Program-made: the position numbers and the translations under genes
Assembly: GCA_005191425.1 (NCBI GenBank)
Contig: SUPR01000112.1
Location: 1 to 9,921 of the forward strand
Reading direction: 5' to 3'
Length of the DNA stretch: 9,921 nt
Source of the DNA: Candidatus Helarchaeota ASGARD archaeon Hel_GB_B
Lineage (GTDB): Archaea; Asgardarchaeota; Lokiarchaeia; Helarchaeales; HEL-GB-B
Part shown: piece after piece, positions 7,187-9,921 of the stretch
Layout: every line of letters starts with the position of its first letter
How positions within the stretch are numbered: position 1 is the first letter of the stretch
Notes under the pieces: model-generated
The model's input: the letters and a program-made list of their open reading frames with translations, nothing else
What the model was told of the DNA's origin: nothing
Databases searched by the model: none

Positions 7187-9238
7187 ATGGATAATAATTT
7201 AGAGACAAATAAGAAACCAAATAGGTTAATTAATGAATCAAGTCCATATTTACTTCAGCATGCTTATAATCCAGTTAATTGGTTTTCTTGGTGTAGGGAG
7301 GCATTTGAAAAAGCGAAGAAAGAAGATAAACCGATCTTTTTGTCAATAGGATATTCAACATGTCATTGGTGTCATGTGATGGCCCATGAATCTTTTGAAA
7401 ATGAAGAAGTTGCCCAAATACTAAATCAAAATTATATAGCAATAAAAGTTGACCGAGAGGAGCGCCCAGATATTGACAAAATATATATGAACATTTGTCA
7501 GATAATGACCGGATCTGGTGGTTGGCCTTTAACCATATTTATGACGCCAAATATGGAGCCGTTTTTTGCAGGGACTTATTTTCCTCGAACTTCAAAATAT
7601 AGGAGAATTGGACTAATAGAATTATTGTTAAAGATAAGTGAAATATGGAAAATAAAAAGAAAGGAGATAATCGGGACATCAAAAGAATTAATTAAAATAC
7701 TTAAGAAAGAGCAATTAGTTTCAAGGACAGAAGATTTGAATGAAGGAATTTTTCATAAGGCATTTGATATACTTTCCAATTTATTTGATAAGAAGAATGG
7801 AGGATTTGGAGATATGCCAAAATTTCCTAATCCTCAAATTTTAGGTTTTTTGTTACGATATTGGAAAAGGTACAAGAATAAAAATGCTCTATATATGGTC
7901 GAAAAAACTTTAAAAGCAATGTATTTGGGCGGGATATATGACCATATAGGATTTGGATTTCATAGATATTCAATTGATGCAAATTGGAGGGTACCACATT
8001 TTGAAAAGATGATTTATGACCAGGCCTTAATTGCAAACATATTAATTGAACTCTATCAAGCTACGGGAAATGAGCATTATGAGAAAATAGCCAAGGAAAT
8101 AATTATTTATATTATAAGAGAGATGCATATGCCAGACGGTGGATTTTATTCAGCCGAAGATGCAGATAGCGAAGGTATTGAGGGTAAATTTTATTTATGG
8201 ACTGAAAAAGAAATACAAAATATATCAGAAGAAAAAGATGCCGAACTTATAATAAAGATATTTAATATAAAGAAGAATGGTAATTTTTCTAATTCAACAG
8301 GAAAAATGAATGGTGTTAATAATATATTATATCAAACAAAATCACTAAAAGAAATTAGTACCGAATTAAACATAGAATTTAACAAATTTAATTTGTGGTT
8401 TGAACGAGTACGAAACATTTTATTTAATTATCGTAATAAAAGGGTCCATCCCTATAAAGATGATAAAATATTAACAGATTGGAACGGGCTAGTCCTTGCA
8501 ATGCTCGCAAAAGCTGCTAGAGTATTTAATGAACCTGAATATTTAAAATTGTCAGAATCGCTTATCAGATTTATTTATGTTAATTTAATTTCAAAAAATG
8601 GTAGATTATTACATAGATATAGAAATGGAAAATCAGAAATTTTGGGAAATTTGAATGATTATGCATTTATGATATGGGGTTTAATTGAATTTTTTGAGAC
8701 AACATTTAATTCCGAATATTTAGAAAAAGCGTTAAATTTAAATAAAATCTTAATAGAACATTTTTGGAACAATATTCATGGTGGATTTTATTTCATATCG
8801 GACGAAGGAGAAAAATTATTAATTAGACAAAAAGATATTTATGATGGTGCAATACCGTCTGGGAATTCAGTATCTATATTAAATTTATTACGGTTAGGAA
8901 AAATTTTAATGAGACCAGAATTTGAAAATATGGGGAAAAAATATTAAAAACGTTTGGCACTCTTATTAGGAAGGCACCCACTTCATTTTCGCATTCTTTA
9001 ATGGCATTGGATTTTGCTATTGGTCCAAGTATAGAAATCATTATAGCAGGAAATTATGATTCGATTGAAACGCAACAGATGCTAAATTATATTAGAAAAA
9101 AGTTTATCCCAAATAAAATTGTTTTATTAAATTCATCTCGTAAAAAATCGATTAAAGTTAATGGCATGAATAAGATTCTTGAGCAAAAGAAACAAATTGG
9201 TGGGAGAACGACCGTATATATTTGTAAAGATTATAGTT
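7187..9238 (+). pseudogene. yyaL: Thioredoxin-domain / (alpha/alpha)6 protein YyaL (DUF255, SPATA20/Ssp411-like), frameshifted and truncated by an IS
   Basis: Hallmarks [71 protein letters not shown] and DGAIPSGNS. One base is missing in GGGGAAAAAA (8932-8941). The frame resumes as [34 protein letters not shown], which contains track ORF 9001-9330. The IS right end abuts at 9239. Confidence 0.9.
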
Positions 9239-9400
9239 TTGAACTACCACGCCCTAAAGGGCGATGGATTCGTAATTCATCGAAAATTGCTCTCCAAGGG
9301 AGAGTCTTACATCTTCTCCAAACGCATTGACCGTAGTCCCTACGGCAGTATCATTATCCCTAATGATTTTGATATTTTTTTCTCTTAAAATTCTTTTACC
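9219..9400 (-). ncRNA. Predicted TnpB omega-RNA (reRNA): scaffold overlapping the tnpB 3' end and right end, plus a flank-derived guide
   Basis: Inferred from established TnpB biology: the scaffold ends at the right end and the guide is the adjacent flank (here AACUAUAAUCUUUACAAAUA). The 5' boundary is not determined; 9400 is approximate. Confidence 0.45.
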
Positions 9401-9921
9401 CTCTTTTTCAATATTTTCAGAGGCGTTTATATCTCTATGATGGTGGGCCAGACATTGCGGACAAGTCCATTCTCTATCATCTAATTTCAAGTCGTCCTTC
9501 TTATATCCACAGTTGGAGCAAAGCTTGGAGCTGGGAAAAAACCTATCCACGAGGATTAAATGCTTTCCTTTTTGTTCCATTTTATATTTTAAGATAGTGA
9601 CGAATTGATGCCATGAGAAGTCCAAGCTCATGGATTTCGAGACCCCAGAATTGAACTTCTGCATACCCTTGATATTTAAGTCCACTAATATCACACAATC
9701 AAAGTGTTCCGACAAAATGTGTGTGATCTTATGTGTTCAGTCCTTTTTTCTGTTGTTGATCTTCTCATAGATTCTTGCCAACTTATTTTTTGATATATCT
9801 CGATTGTTAGAACCGTTTTTCCTTCGGCTCACTTCTTTATGGAATTTTCGTAGCTTGTTTTGTTCAGCTCGATAGAATCTCGGATTGGTGAACTTGAACC
9901 TTTTTGTTATCAAGAAATTGG
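9239..9921 (-). mobile_element. IS200/IS605-superfamily element, right part (tnpB plus right end); continues beyond the window
   Basis: The minus strand ends GAATCCATCGCCCTTTAGGGCGTGGTAGTTCAA, with a subterminal hairpin at 9247-9267 and a terminal TTCAA. It is inserted inside yyaL. Confidence 0.88.
9254..9919 (-). pseudogene. tnpB: TnpB RNA-guided nuclease (5'-truncated by the window), inactivated
   Basis: The frame is open from 9919 (NFLIT..NPRFYRAEQNKLRK..RRKNGSNNR..KLARIYEKINNRKKD*THKIT) through TGA 9739-9737 into the track ORF. It has the FFPSSKLCSNCG..WTCPQC Zn finger and RDINA (RuvC-III Asp). The RuvC-II EDL motif reads VDL (GTG at 9685-9683). Confidence 0.9.

Noticed and set aside
7827-8036. 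69-aa minus-strand ORF
   Set aside because: It is antisense within a highly conserved part of yyaL.
9001-9388. Track ORFs 9001-9330 and 9179-9388 as independent genes
   Set aside because: The first is the frameshifted yyaL tail running into IS DNA. The second straddles the junction antisense to tnpB.

Overview
This is an AT-rich window of probable archaeal origin. TATA-like boxes about 25 nt upstream of ATGs and oligo-T terminators support this; an Asgard/Loki-like host is only a guess from gene style. It contains 10 protein-coding loci. Five look intact: a thioredoxin, a WecC/WbpA-type nucleotide-sugar dehydrogenase, a PadR regulator with a C-terminal Zn ribbon, a UbiA-family prenyltransferase and a desulfoferrodoxin. 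Five look broken: an unidentified 3' gene fragment at the left edge (frameshift), a HAAS-like multi-TM protein coupled to PadR (two in-frame stops), an HNH nuclease missed by the ORF track (in-frame TAG), yyaL/DUF255 (frameshift plus IS truncation), and the tnpB of an IS200/IS605-superfamily element (in-frame TGA, RuvC-II Glu replaced by Val). No CRISPR array, tRNA or rRNA was seen, and I cannot claim a new multi-gene system. The best leads are: dense gene decay with repeated putative Trp-to-stop changes; a steep G-over-C skew on the + strand that is strongest at the left end; the PadR-Zn ribbon/HAAS-TM module; and an IS junction that lets the target motif and omega-RNA guide be predicted. Family assignments come from remembered motifs, not database searches. 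Base counts were done by hand and are approximate.
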